DNA of 64,000 nucleotides, taken from positions 448,001-512,000 of the forward strand of contig JBMNIF010000001.1 of NCBI GenBank assembly GCA_050950765.1. Reading direction: 5' to 3'. Position 1 is the stretch's first letter; the number at the start of each line of letters is the position of its first letter. Positions 29,296 to 38,840 of the stretch are shown here, piece by piece. The notes under the pieces were generated by a model that saw only the letters and a program-made list of their open reading frames with translations, had not been told where the DNA came from and made no database searches. The translations under genes were made by a program, and so were the position numbers. This stretch comes from Bdellovibrionota bacterium. GTDB lineage: Bacteria > Bdellovibrionota_C > UBA2361 > JAAYZI01.

Positions 29296-29703
29296 TTACT
29301 TAAGAAGTCGAATAGCTTCGCGGCACAGTTGTTCAAAGCGGATCGGCTTGTTAATAAAGGCATCGGCCTTTATCCAGCGCCGCTCTTCGATAGTTGAGGC
29401 ATCAAAGTGAAGAGCTGTTTTGTTATTAACATCGGAAACTATAATGATAGGGAGATCTGGTGCCTGTTTTTTAATAGTATAGCAGAGTGTAAACCCTTTA
29501 TCCTCAGTCTCTAACATCACCTCCGTTACAACTAAATCCGGTTTAGCACCATTAAAGGCTTTTTCTGCCTCCGCAGCACTAGAAGCGGTTATGACGTGAG
29601 CTCCAACTTTTTCAAAAGCTTCTTTTCCAGAGGCTACAAATTGAGTGTCTTTATCAACAAGTAAGATGTTTTTCCCTGATAATTTAGAACATGCGCAGCT
29701 CAT
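29296..29703 (-). CDS. single-domain response regulator-like (atypical receiver)
   Basis: ILLVDKD, KPDLVVTEVML, LPIIIVS and ADAFINKP; Glu at the phospho-acceptor position. Confidence 0.88.
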   Translation of the reverse strand: MSCACSKLSGKNILLVDKDTQFVASGKEAFEKVGAHVITASSAAEAEKAFNGAKPDLVVTEVMLETEDKGFTLCYTIKKQAPDLPIIIVSDVNNKTALHFDASTIEERRWIKADAFINKPIRFEQLCREAIRLLK

Positions 29704-29747
29704 AATATCTCCTAAAACTAAAAAACGTATCCGAAAAGCTAAATTAA

Positions 29748-29923
29748 AAAGTTAAAAAGCCCTTTTTTCCCCTCAATAATTTAAAATCAATCAACTTCGT
29801 TAACACACCACCATAAGTTTCAATTCCGAGAAAGTTAAAAAGCCCTTTTTCCCCTCAATAATTTAAAATCAATTAACTTCGTTAACACACCCATAAGTTT
29901 CAATACCGAGAAAGTTTAAAAGC
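29748..29923. repeat. 80-83 bp tandem repeat, ~2.2 copies
   Basis: aaagttaaaaagccc...ccataagtttcaat unit starts at 29748 and 29831, partial at 29911. Confidence 0.9.
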
Positions 29924-29947
29924 TTTAATCAATCCTCTTAATTCAAA

Positions 29948-29980
29948 GTAGGGGAGGTGACTTTATCTCATCTCCCCTAC
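29948..29980 (-). terminator. probable intrinsic terminator after hydA
   Basis: stem gtaggggag(g)tga / tcatctcccctac, 13 bp after the stop, followed by TTT on the minus strand. Confidence 0.7.
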
Positions 29981-29993
29981 AAAGGGGCTTTTA

Positions 29994-31751
29994 TTAACGA
30001 GCTTTATAATGGGTGTGTAGTAAGTGATGACTTTTTTCACCCAAAGGCTCTCCTAAGAACTCAGCATAAAGTTTCTTAATCGATTCATTGCTATGACTGG
30101 TTCGAACACTCCCCTCACTATCTAACTTATACAACCCCTGCATACGACTTTTGATCTTTACTAGGTCTGTTCCTAACGGTTGTCCGCCACCGCCGACGCA
30201 ACCTCCAGGGCAGGTCATGACCTCAATAAAGTGTAGGTCAGGACGCTTGCCGTCTTTTACATCAGCTATGACCTGTTTAACATTACCGATACCACTAACA
30301 ACAGCAACTCCGACCTTTAGTCCGTTAATGTCGAGATGTGCTTCCTTTACGCCATCAAGTCCACGAACCGCTTCAATCTTAAGGTCTGCAAGCTCACTTC
30401 CTGTAATCAAGTGATAAGCAGTACGGACAGCAGCTTCCATTACACCACCCGTTGCTCCGAACAATTTACCAGCAGTGGTACGCTCACCGAATGGGAGGTC
30501 AGCTTCACTCGGCTCTAAGTTCTTTAAGTCTATTCCAAACTTGTGAATTAAACGTGCCAATTCTCTTGTTGTTAGAACTGCATCCACATCGGGCGTGACA
30601 GAGTCGCCTAACATTTCAGGTCTGGCACATTCGAACTTCTTGGCTGTACACGGCATTATACTGACAGAGAATATTTTAGACGGATCGAGCCCTTCCTTCT
30701 CTGCAAAGTAACTCTTTATAACAGCACCCAACATCTGTTGCGGGCTTTTACAGGTCGAAAGATTAGGAAGCATCTCCGGATAGAACTGCTCCATGTACTT
30801 AATCCAACCAGGTGAACAACTGGTGAACATCGGAAGCACGCCACCTGTTGTGATACGTTTGACGAGCTCACTCGCTTCCTCCATGATCGTTAAGTCTGCT
30901 GAGAAGCTGGTGTCAAAGACCTTGTTAAAACCGATCTGACGCAAAGCTGCCACCATCTTACCAGCAACATCAGCACCCCCTTCAACACCGAAATCCTCAC
31001 CAATCGTAACGGAGACAGCAGGTGCATGTTGTACAACAACCGTTAGATCTGGATTGTTGATAGCATCCATAACCTGTTTGACATAACTTCTTTCACGTAG
31101 AGCACCTGTGGGACAGACAGTTATACACTGACCACAATTGATGCAGGTACTTTTATTTAAGCCTTCGTTGAAAGCCGTTCCAACGATGGTCTTACTACCT
31201 CGTCCGATATAATCGATAGCTGAAACACCGATCACCTCTTCACATACCCTGACACACCGTCCGCACAAAATGCACTTATCAGGGTCTCTAACAAGTGATG
31301 GGCTGGAGAGATCTATTTCATGATGAGACCTTTCACCTTCGAACCTCTTTTCACGAACTCCTAATTCACCAGCTAGAGATTGTAATTTACAATTGCCGTT
31401 ACGTGTGCAGTACAAACAATCATCAGGATGATTCGCCAATAATAGCTCAATAATCGTCTTTCTAGCCTGCAGAACTCGGGGTGAGTGGGTTTTTATCTTC
31501 ATCCCTGGATGAACAGGATAAGCGCAACTAGGGATAAGCGCTGGTCGTCCCTCCATTTCAACTACGCACATACGACAAGCTCCGCTCGGGAAGAAATTTT
31601 CCATATGACAGAGCGTCGGAATAGAAATTCCAGCGCGTTTTAAAACATCAAGGAGGATCTCTCCCTGCTCAGCTTCTATCGTGCGGTTATTTACTTCGAT
31701 TGTAATCATAACGTTTAACCCTAATGACAGACCTTTATTTATTACATACAA
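29994..31751 (-). CDS. hydA: [FeFe]-hydrogenase catalytic subunit (HydA/HndD type)
   Basis: H-cluster motifs FTSCSPGW, MPCTAKKFE and EVMTCPGGCVGGGGQP; N-terminal 2Fe-2S and 4Fe-4S domains; true start probably MITIEV (~31709). Confidence 0.96.
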   Translation of the reverse strand: MYVINKGLSLGLNVMITIEVNNRTIEAEQGEILLDVLKRAGISIPTLCHMENFFPSGACRMCVVEMEGRPALIPSCAYPVHPGMKIKTHSPRVLQARKTIIELLLANHPDDCLYCTRNGNCKLQSLAGELGVREKRFEGERSHHEIDLSSPSLVRDPDKCILCGRCVRVCEEVIGVSAIDYIGRGSKTIVGTAFNEGLNKSTCINCGQCITVCPTGALRERSYVKQVMDAINNPDLTVVVQHAPAVSVTIGEDFGVEGGADVAGKMVAALRQIGFNKVFDTSFSADLTIMEEASELVKRITTGGVLPMFTSCSPGWIKYMEQFYPEMLPNLSTCKSPQQMLGAVIKSYFAEKEGLDPSKIFSVSIMPCTAKKFECARPEMLGDSVTPDVDAVLTTRELARLIHKFGIDLKNLEPSEADLPFGERTTAGKLFGATGGVMEAAVRTAYHLITGSELADLKIEAVRGLDGVKEAHLDINGLKVGVAVVSGIGNVKQVIADVKDGKRPDLHFIEVMTCPGGCVGGGGQPLGTDLVKIKSRMQGLYKLDSEGSVRTSHSNESIKKLYAEFLGEPLGEKSHHLLHTHYKAR

Positions 31752-33687
31752 TGGCGTTAAATTTGCATTTTTCTATGCAGGCGCCACATGCGATACACTT
31801 GTCTTGATCGATTGTGTGAGGTTGCTTAACGGTTCCCGTAATTGCAACGACAGGACAACTCCTTGCACACGCCGTACACCCCGTACATTTATCTGCAAGT
31901 ATTTCAAACTTACGCAAACTCTTACACTCACCGGCAGGACAGCGACGCTCAAAGACGTGAGCTTCATATTCATCACGGAAGAACTTAAGGGTACTAAGAA
32001 CGGGATTCGGTGCCGTTTGACCTAAACCACACAAGCTGGAATCCTTCACTACATTTGCTAAACGTTCTAAAGATACAACACTAAGCATCCTTTTTAACTC
32101 AGTGTGATCACCTTTTTCACCGCCGTGCCCAGTCGAAGTGATGCTCTCTAAAGTTTCAAGAAGTCTTCTCGTACCTTCACGACACGGTACACACTTGCCG
32201 CAACTTTCACGTTGGATAAACTCCATAAAGAACTTAGCAACATCAACCATACAGGTATCTTCATCCATCACAACTAAACCACCGGAACCCATCATGGCAC
32301 CGACTGTTTTTAGCGATTCATAATCAACCTCAATTCCGATATGTTGCTGCGGGATACAACCGCCGGAAGGTCCACCAATCTGAACTGATTTATAAGCTTT
32401 GCCGTTTGGAATACCACCTCCGATACCAAATACGATATCTTCTACTTTGGTTCCCATCGCAACCTCAACAAGTCCGGTGCGATTGACCTTTCCTGAAAGG
32501 GCAAAAACTTTCGTTCCCTTACTGGTAGGTGTTCCGATACTACTAAACCAAGCAGAACCATTTCTTAAGATACCGGGGATATTGGCGAGTGTTTCAACGT
32601 TATTGATAACTGTCGGTTTGCCAAAAAGCCCTTTAACCGCCGGAAAGGGAGGTCTAGGACGTGGCATACCACGCTTCCCTTCAATGCTGTGCAATAGCGC
32701 TGTTTCTTCACCACAAACGAAAGCACCAGCACCCATCTTGATAATTATTTCAAGACTGAAATTAGTTCCGAGTATATTTTCCCCTAACAAACCATAAGCG
32801 GTAGCATCAGCTATGGCCTCTTTTAAGCGTGCAATTGCTAACGGATATTCGGCACGGATATAAACGTAAGCTTTAGAAGCTCCAATACCGAACGCCGCTA
32901 TCGCCATACCTTCAAGCAACTGATGCGGGTTACCTTCAATCACGGCACGATCCATAAATGCACCTGGATCGCCTTCATCAGCGTTACAAACTATATACTT
33001 CTGTTCATTCTGCTCCTGTAAGGCGAACTTCCATTTTTTACCGGTAGAGAAGCCACCGCCGCCACGTCCGCGCAAGCCACTTTTCTCAACTTCATCACAG
33101 ACACTCGCCGCATCCATCGTTTTAATAACCTTGCTTAGCGCTTTGTATCCATCGTTTGCGATGTACTCTTCGATGCTGCGTGGATTCGTCTTACCACATT
33201 GAGAAAGCACCCAACGGGTTTGTGGTTTAAAAAATGGATGATCATTAATATTCGGCACACCATCCCAAGCTTTTAATCGTGGCGATGTGAATTGACCGAG
33301 AACGTGGTCCGCAGGGATCTTATCTGCAAAAACATCTTTCAATAAGTTTTTTACCACGTTGTGAGTAACCTCTTGAAAGGAAACTCTGGTGCGTCCAGGT
33401 AATTGAATATCAACCAAAGGCTCTGCGGAGCAGAGACCGATACAGCCGACCTCAATTATCTCAACATCAAGCCCGTTTTCGGCAACGTATTCTTTAATAG
33501 CATCTAAAGTTTTTCCAGCACCTGCGCCTAATCCGCACGTTCCAGCACCGACAAATATTACAGGACGCTCAACATCCTCTCTGCGTAGAGTGGCGCAGTA
33601 GTTATTGACCCGTTCTAAAGCATCTCCTTCAAGAGTGCCGCTGAAATAATTAATTAAATCTTGACACGGTTTCTTTGTCTCTTGCAT
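31735..33687 (-). CDS. hydB: NuoF-like diaphorase subunit (HydB/HndC) with N-terminal thioredoxin-like 2Fe-2S and C-terminal 2x[4Fe-4S]
   Basis: GLRGRGGGGF, CNADEGDPGAFMDR, GAGAFVCGEETAL, ESCGKCVPCREG and CTGCTACARSC motifs. Confidence 0.95.
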   Translation of the reverse strand: MQETKKPCQDLINYFSGTLEGDALERVNNYCATLRREDVERPVIFVGAGTCGLGAGAGKTLDAIKEYVAENGLDVEIIEVGCIGLCSAEPLVDIQLPGRTRVSFQEVTHNVVKNLLKDVFADKIPADHVLGQFTSPRLKAWDGVPNINDHPFFKPQTRWVLSQCGKTNPRSIEEYIANDGYKALSKVIKTMDAASVCDEVEKSGLRGRGGGGFSTGKKWKFALQEQNEQKYIVCNADEGDPGAFMDRAVIEGNPHQLLEGMAIAAFGIGASKAYVYIRAEYPLAIARLKEAIADATAYGLLGENILGTNFSLEIIIKMGAGAFVCGEETALLHSIEGKRGMPRPRPPFPAVKGLFGKPTVINNVETLANIPGILRNGSAWFSSIGTPTSKGTKVFALSGKVNRTGLVEVAMGTKVEDIVFGIGGGIPNGKAYKSVQIGGPSGGCIPQQHIGIEVDYESLKTVGAMMGSGGLVVMDEDTCMVDVAKFFMEFIQRESCGKCVPCREGTRRLLETLESITSTGHGGEKGDHTELKRMLSVVSLERLANVVKDSSLCGLGQTAPNPVLSTLKFFRDEYEAHVFERRCPAGECKSLRKFEILADKCTGCTACARSCPVVAITGTVKQPHTIDQDKCIACGACIEKCKFNAIVCNK

Positions 33688-33697
33688 GGTTCATCCT

Positions 33698-34159
33698 TTA
33701 TTTCTGTTTACAAGTCTCTATAATCTCGTGAATACGTTCTGGTGTTAACTTGGCAAAGAACTCTCCGTTAACTGTTATGACAGGAGCAAGCCCGCAAGCA
33801 CCAATACAAGCAACAACCTCAATACTAAATAAGCCATCTGGCGTTGTTTCTCCAGCCTTAATGCCCAACTCTTCTTGTAATGTTTCAAGGATACGTAACG
33901 ATCCCTTAACGTGACACGCCGTTCCACGACAACATTGGATATGATACTTTCCGATCGATTGAAAGCGAAACTGATTATAGAACGTTGCTACACCGTAAAT
34001 TTTACTAAGTGGAATATCTAACAACTCCCCAATTGTTTCTATTGATTCACGCGATAAATACCCTTCAGTATCCTGAATCTCCTGCAAAATAGGGATCAGG
34101 GAGTCACGTCCAGGATTTTGATAATGGCTAAGGATCTCCTGTATTTTATTCGTTGTCAT
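33698..34159 (-). CDS. hydC: NuoE-like 2Fe-2S subunit (HydC/HndA)
   Basis: LIPILQEIQ, GVATFYNQF, CRGTACHVKG and CIGACGLAP motifs. Confidence 0.95.
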   Translation of the reverse strand: MTTNKIQEILSHYQNPGRDSLIPILQEIQDTEGYLSRESIETIGELLDIPLSKIYGVATFYNQFRFQSIGKYHIQCCRGTACHVKGSLRILETLQEELGIKAGETTPDGLFSIEVVACIGACGLAPVITVNGEFFAKLTPERIHEIIETCKQK

Positions 34160-34322
34160 GCGAACCCCATAATGATGTTACAAAGCCCTTCCAGTGTAAG
34201 AAACACACGCATCAATCCCAGCACCGTCAGAGGGCGTGTTACTTCTGTATCTTCCTTATTAGTAAAGTTTACCAACTTGTAGATTATGCTGAAATATTAG
34301 CCGAAATGTACGGTGCAAAATA

Positions 34323-34347
34323 GATAAAATCTGCACCAGATTTTATC
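34323..34347. promoter_or_regulatory. perfect 11-3-11 inverted repeat upstream of the hydrogenase operon
   Basis: GATAAAATCTG-cac-CAGATTTTATC. Confidence 0.45.
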
Positions 34348-34481
34348 AAGCATTGCAACTAATTTTACACTGTTACGACTGAGCGGAGCTTAATAGTAGA
34401 GGTTGTGAAACGTCAAGGGGGGAAAGCTTTTTCTTGCCTTATTTTACATCTAAAATCATTCCTAAAAAGGGAGATAAGGAG

Positions 34482-35303
34482 TTATTCACCTTTCTCCGTT
34501 CTAACCTTCACGTCACTTTTATGATAAACTGATGAATTTGGTGGTACGCTACCTGTTAACCAAACATTACCTCCGATAACGGTGTTTGCACCGATCACTG
34601 TATTGCCGCCGAGAATCGTGGCGTTAGCGTAAATAACGACGTTATCTTCAATCGTGGGGTGCCTCTTCTGTTGCGCTAACTGTTTTGTAACGCTTAAAGC
34701 CCCTAGTGTTACACCTTGATAAAGCTTTACATTCTTCCCGATAACGGTAGTTTCTCCAATGACAACACCCGTTGCATGATCGATACAAAAACTCTCGGCG
34801 ATTTCAGCTCCAGGGTGAATATCAACTCCCGTCCGTTGATGAGCGTATTCGCTTAACATACGGGGTAGGGTGGGGATCTTTAAGGTGTGCAGGGCGTGTG
34901 CTATGCGATGAATAGCGACGGCTAAAAAACCAGGATACGCCAAGATAACTTCATCTATACTCGTTGCGGCGGGGTCTCCTTGAAGCATAGCCTCTGCATC
35001 AAGGAGTAAGAGGTCATAAATTTGTGGAAGCTTATCAAAAAAAGCTGTGCTTAGTTCGTGAGGTTCTTGCTCTAAATGTTGTTGTAGTGGTGTCAGGATC
35101 GTTGTTAGTTGAACTTTTAAAAGGTCTAATTCATTCTTTATATCTGCTTTACTTCTGATGGAGCACTTCCCGAAGTGGGGGAACATCACCCCTAAAATAT
35201 TAAGTAGCAACTCTTTCGCCTGTTTATAATCAGGTAGTAATTTTGATTCAGTACTTTGAGCAAGGCGTGTAATAAAATCATCACTGGTCATAAAATAAAA
35301 CAC
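34482..35303 (-). CDS. cysE: serine O-acetyltransferase (EpsC/CysE type)
   Basis: GDPAA, YPG, HRIAH, GVDIHPGA, IDHATGVVIGET, YQGVTLG and KRHPT motifs. Confidence 0.95.
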   Translation of the reverse strand: MFYFMTSDDFITRLAQSTESKLLPDYKQAKELLLNILGVMFPHFGKCSIRSKADIKNELDLLKVQLTTILTPLQQHLEQEPHELSTAFFDKLPQIYDLLLLDAEAMLQGDPAATSIDEVILAYPGFLAVAIHRIAHALHTLKIPTLPRMLSEYAHQRTGVDIHPGAEIAESFCIDHATGVVIGETTVIGKNVKLYQGVTLGALSVTKQLAQQKRHPTIEDNVVIYANATILGGNTVIGANTVIGGNVWLTGSVPPNSSVYHKSDVKVRTEKGE

Positions 35304-35437
35304 TCCGCGAGATAAAAAACAGCAATATGAAAAGATGTTCTTAAGGTGCAGAAAGATTCAACTAACTAATATGATGGATAAAAACGTAACAAAAGGGGAG
35401 GGAAAAAGGAATTGGTAAGGGAAAGGAAGTGGTGAGA

Positions 35438-35548
35438 GAATAAGAAGTATATAGAGGAAAAAAGGGAGTTTGAGTCAGGGATGTCTTTAAAATATATTTT
35501 GCTGTTTGGCTTAAGGAAGGAATAGGAAGTATATAGAGGAAAAAAGGG
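35438..35548. repeat. 29-bp direct repeat, copies 82 bp apart
   Basis: gaata(a/g)gaagtatatagaggaaaaaaggg at 35438 and 35520. Confidence 0.85.
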
Positions 35549-35760
35549 CGGTCACGGTCGAGAACCAATCAATTCGGCTTGATTTGCAGAGGGGGTAAAT
35601 CATTTTGACGCCGAGTCAAGATGGTTTGAGCCGAATCTATGTATTTTCAACTGAGACCGCCTAAGGGGCTACATAAAAAGCTCAATGCAGGGCTGTTAAA
35701 CAGAAGGAGTCCTGTATTGAAGCTTAGACTATTTAAGGTTGAAGAGTTTTCCAACCTTTA
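35546..35760 (+). ncRNA. candidate structured RNA of unknown family
   Basis: 117-nt rod hairpin plus two further hairpins; several mismatches become G-U pairs only on the + strand. Confidence 0.4.
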
Positions 35761-36123
35761 GTGTATATTATGGTTAGTTAAGAAAAAGTGTTACTTAAGT
35801 ACCGTTTTTTATGATAAAATATTGATAAGCCTAATAATTTTAGGTAGTTACACTATTTTTAAGCGCTCACTAGGAGTAGCCTTAAGGAAAATTGCAAAAG
35901 ATACCGATAGGATACTGTGAATTGAGTATTCTAATTGTGTAGGATACTCGTTTCGGTTTTAATTCTTTGCTTGGAAATATGACAAAAATATACTAGCATG
36001 CGCCGTATTCTGGATGTTGATGTTATTTTTACTCTTGCGGTATTGGCATTAATTATTTACAGGGTGTGCAGCTTGTTGTTTTATTTTATTTTAGCAAGAG
36101 CTGGATTTTTTAAGGTATAGGTT

Positions 36124-36615
36124 ATGTACGTAGGTGGACTAACGTTTTCGATTAATAAGTCGTTTGGTAATTTGCAGTTAGTTCCTGAAAAAACAGGATT
36201 GCGCTTATGTTATTCGCCAATTCTTGAGGGTGAAGAAGCTGCTGCTAATACGGAGAATACTGGATATTTAGATCTTTTGTTGCCGCTTGAAGCTGTTGGT
36301 GGCTTATGGGCTACGGCACGTGCTTTTCTGTACGCTGTGGAGTCCCTTGATGAAAATGTCATCATTCAAGGTGCTGGAAATGACGAGGAACAGTCTGATA
36401 TTCTCGTTAAATTGTATCGTGATAAGCCGCGAGGACAGCACGGCAAACTTTCCGGTGAGGAGGTCTGTTGGTTGCGTTTAGTAACGGGGCGTTCTGAAGA
36501 AGAGCGTAGACGTATTAAATTAGGACCACGCGATCTGCTCTGTATCGAACTTGCTTGCAATGCAGTGTTGGTACTTGCTGGCTCGCAAGGGACACACAAT
36601 CCCGTAAAGATTTAA
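36124..36615 (+). CDS. hypothetical protein
   Basis: 163 aa ATG-start ORF with plausible composition. Confidence 0.65.
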   Translation: MYVGGLTFSINKSFGNLQLVPEKTGLRLCYSPILEGEEAAANTENTGYLDLLLPLEAVGGLWATARAFLYAVESLDENVIIQGAGNDEEQSDILVKLYRDKPRGQHGKLSGEEVCWLRLVTGRSEEERRRIKLGPRDLLCIELACNAVLVLAGSQGTHNPVKI

Positions 36616-36658
36616 CGTTTTAACGGCTCTTTAATTTAATTTACTAATTTGCTTAATC

Positions 36659-36913
36659 TTGAGCCTCGGTGTAGTATCTGTAGGTATGGGTCGGGTATTA
36701 TCAATCTTAGTAATATTACTTTCTCTTACAGCTTGTGAAAGCTATCACCTTTTTTGTGCTTCGCAGTCACTTGGGCCTGAACAGACGTATCACTTTCAGG
36801 CGTTAAACTCTTCCACTACTGAACGCTCCAAAGATCAAGCAGGGATTTTGATCTGCGAATCTTTCCCTCAAGGCATGGGCGGATTTAGTCTATCTTGCCG
36901 TCGTGCTGGATAA
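36659..36913 (+). CDS. possible small lipoprotein
   Basis: hydrophobic stretch and lipobox LTAC; start probably MGRVL. Confidence 0.45.
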   Translation: MSLGVVSVGMGRVLSILVILLSLTACESYHLFCASQSLGPEQTYHFQALNSSTTERSKDQAGILICESFPQGMGGFSLSCRRAG

Positions 36914-36919
36914 GCTTCC

Positions 36920-37120
36920 TTCCCAAAGATTTTTTCCCTATCCCTAATCTGCTTTTAACATCAACTGCCAAAGATTTTTTTCCTACCTCCATCTACATTT
37001 TGCTATCAACTGCCAAAGATCTTTTTTTAATTAGCCACATCTTTATTAACCAAAATTTTTTTTCCTACCTCTATCTGCTTTTAACATCAGTTCCCAAAAA
37101 TATTTTTTAAATTAGCCATG
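36920..37120. repeat. degenerate tandem repeat (45/45/37/44 bp sub-units) overlapping the ffh 3' end
   Basis: ccaaa(g/a)(a)tttt-like core at 36923, 36968, 37013, 37050 and 37094. Confidence 0.75.
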
Positions 37121-38454
37121 CCCTTTCCGCCCAACATCTTCGCCATACCACCTATGCCCATCTTTGAAAGTTTGTTCATAACTTTTTTCATCTCTGTAAA
37201 CTGTTTTAAAAGATCGTTTACATCTTGAACACGAGTGCCGGAACCGTTGGCGATCCGTTTTCTACGGCTACCGTCAATAATGGAATTACGGCGCCTTTCT
37301 AGCGGAGTCATGGAGAGGATAATAGCTTCTACCTTCTTCATCTCTTTTTCAGCTTGTCCTTCATCAAGGTGCTTCGTCATCTTACTCATGCCAGGGATCA
37401 TACCCATTAAGGAACCGATACTCCCCATCTTCTTTATTGTGCGCATCTGATCGAGAAAATCATCTAAGGTAAATTCGTTCTTCTTCATCTTTTCATGAAG
37501 CTTGAGAGATTCCTCCATATCAAATTGCTTAGTGGCTTTCTCTATCAAGCTCATAACATCACCCATGCCGAGGATACGAGATGCCATTCGATCTGGATGA
37601 AAGATCTCGAGCGCATCACTCTTTTCGCCGATACCGATAAACTTAATCGGACACCCTGTAACAGCACGCATTGATAAGGCAGCACCACCCCGCGCATCGC
37701 CGTCGAGTTTAGTTAAAATTAAACCGTCGATATCTAGTGCAGCGTGGAAACCACTCGCTACATTGACCGCTTCCTGTCCTGTCATAGCATCAGCAACTAA
37801 AAGGATCTCTTGTGGTTGTAGCGCCATAGCGATCTGCTTTAACTCATCCATCATCTGTTGATCGATCTGCAAGCGTCCAGCAGTGTCGATAATAATAACG
37901 TCAAAGCCGTGATTTTTACCGTATTCATGGGCATTTTTAGCAATATCAAGTGGCTTCTGATCGGGGCTTGAATCAAAAACAGAGATCTGTAACTGCTGTC
38001 CCAAAGTTTTTAACTGTTCTATGGCAGCTGGTCTGTAAACATCGGCAGACACAAGTAGCGGCTTGCGTTTACGTTCATCGCGTAGGAGACGCGCCAACTT
38101 AGCAGCTGTGGTGGTTTTTCCAGCACCTTGCAATCCGACCAACATAAAAACAACGGGTGGCGCTGCATTAAGGTTAATATCAGCGGCACCATCACCCATA
38201 ATAGCTGACAACTGTTCATGAACGATCTTTATAATCTGTTGATCGGGGGTGAGGCTTTTTTGCACCTTCTCACCAAGTGATTCTTCTGCAACTTTTGCGC
38301 AAAATTCTTTGGCAACTTTAAAATTAACATCTGCCTCCAGAAGTGCCATGCGCACCTCTTTCATCACGAGATCAAGATCTTTCTGTCCGACGACTGCTTT
38401 CCCGCGGATGTGTTTAAAAGCGCTATCTAATTTGCTCTGTAATGAATCAAACAT
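37087..38454 (-). CDS. ffh: signal recognition particle protein
   Basis: LLEADV, GLQGAGKTTT, DTAGR, TKLDGDARGG and Met-rich M domain. Confidence 0.98.
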   Translation of the reverse strand: MFDSLQSKLDSAFKHIRGKAVVGQKDLDLVMKEVRMALLEADVNFKVAKEFCAKVAEESLGEKVQKSLTPDQQIIKIVHEQLSAIMGDGAADINLNAAPPVVFMLVGLQGAGKTTTAAKLARLLRDERKRKPLLVSADVYRPAAIEQLKTLGQQLQISVFDSSPDQKPLDIAKNAHEYGKNHGFDVIIIDTAGRLQIDQQMMDELKQIAMALQPQEILLVADAMTGQEAVNVASGFHAALDIDGLILTKLDGDARGGAALSMRAVTGCPIKFIGIGEKSDALEIFHPDRMASRILGMGDVMSLIEKATKQFDMEESLKLHEKMKKNEFTLDDFLDQMRTIKKMGSIGSLMGMIPGMSKMTKHLDEGQAEKEMKKVEAIILSMTPLERRRNSIIDGSRRKRIANGSGTRVQDVNDLLKQFTEMKKVMNKLSKMGIGGMAKMLGGKGMANLKNIFGN

Positions 38455-38840
38455 ACTTTTCTTCCGTTTCTGTTAATGGAGTGTGTAAAAAACTCTCCTT
38501 TAGCAGCCTTAATACTAAGAGCGTTTTTTACATCTGTTGTGAGTAAATAAAATTAGGAGTTCCGCCCCTTGTTATAGTATTGAAAGGTGTGCTGATAATT
38601 ATTACCGATAATAATGGCATATTGAGGGTAAAAAAAACATACGTCAAATATCTTAGAAAAAATACAATTTTGAAGGGTATAATTTAGAACAATATAATTT
38701 AGGAATGTAACTTTTAAGTGCAGCACTCAGGAGGAATAGGGTAAATTAAATCCATCCCTCCTAAGTGTTCTCAGGACACCTTTAGGCAGTATCGTCAGCT
38801 CCGCTTGTATTGCGGCGGTAGCGCAGCAACGTCGTTTCTC

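Noticed and set aside
29028..29363. 111-aa ORF
   Set aside because: Overlaps the receiver gene and runs into the repeat array; GATLQ recurs only because of the DNA motif
38455..38840. SRP RNA next to ffh
   Set aside because: Only a simple hairpin (~38726-38768) is present; the SRP domain IV motif was not found
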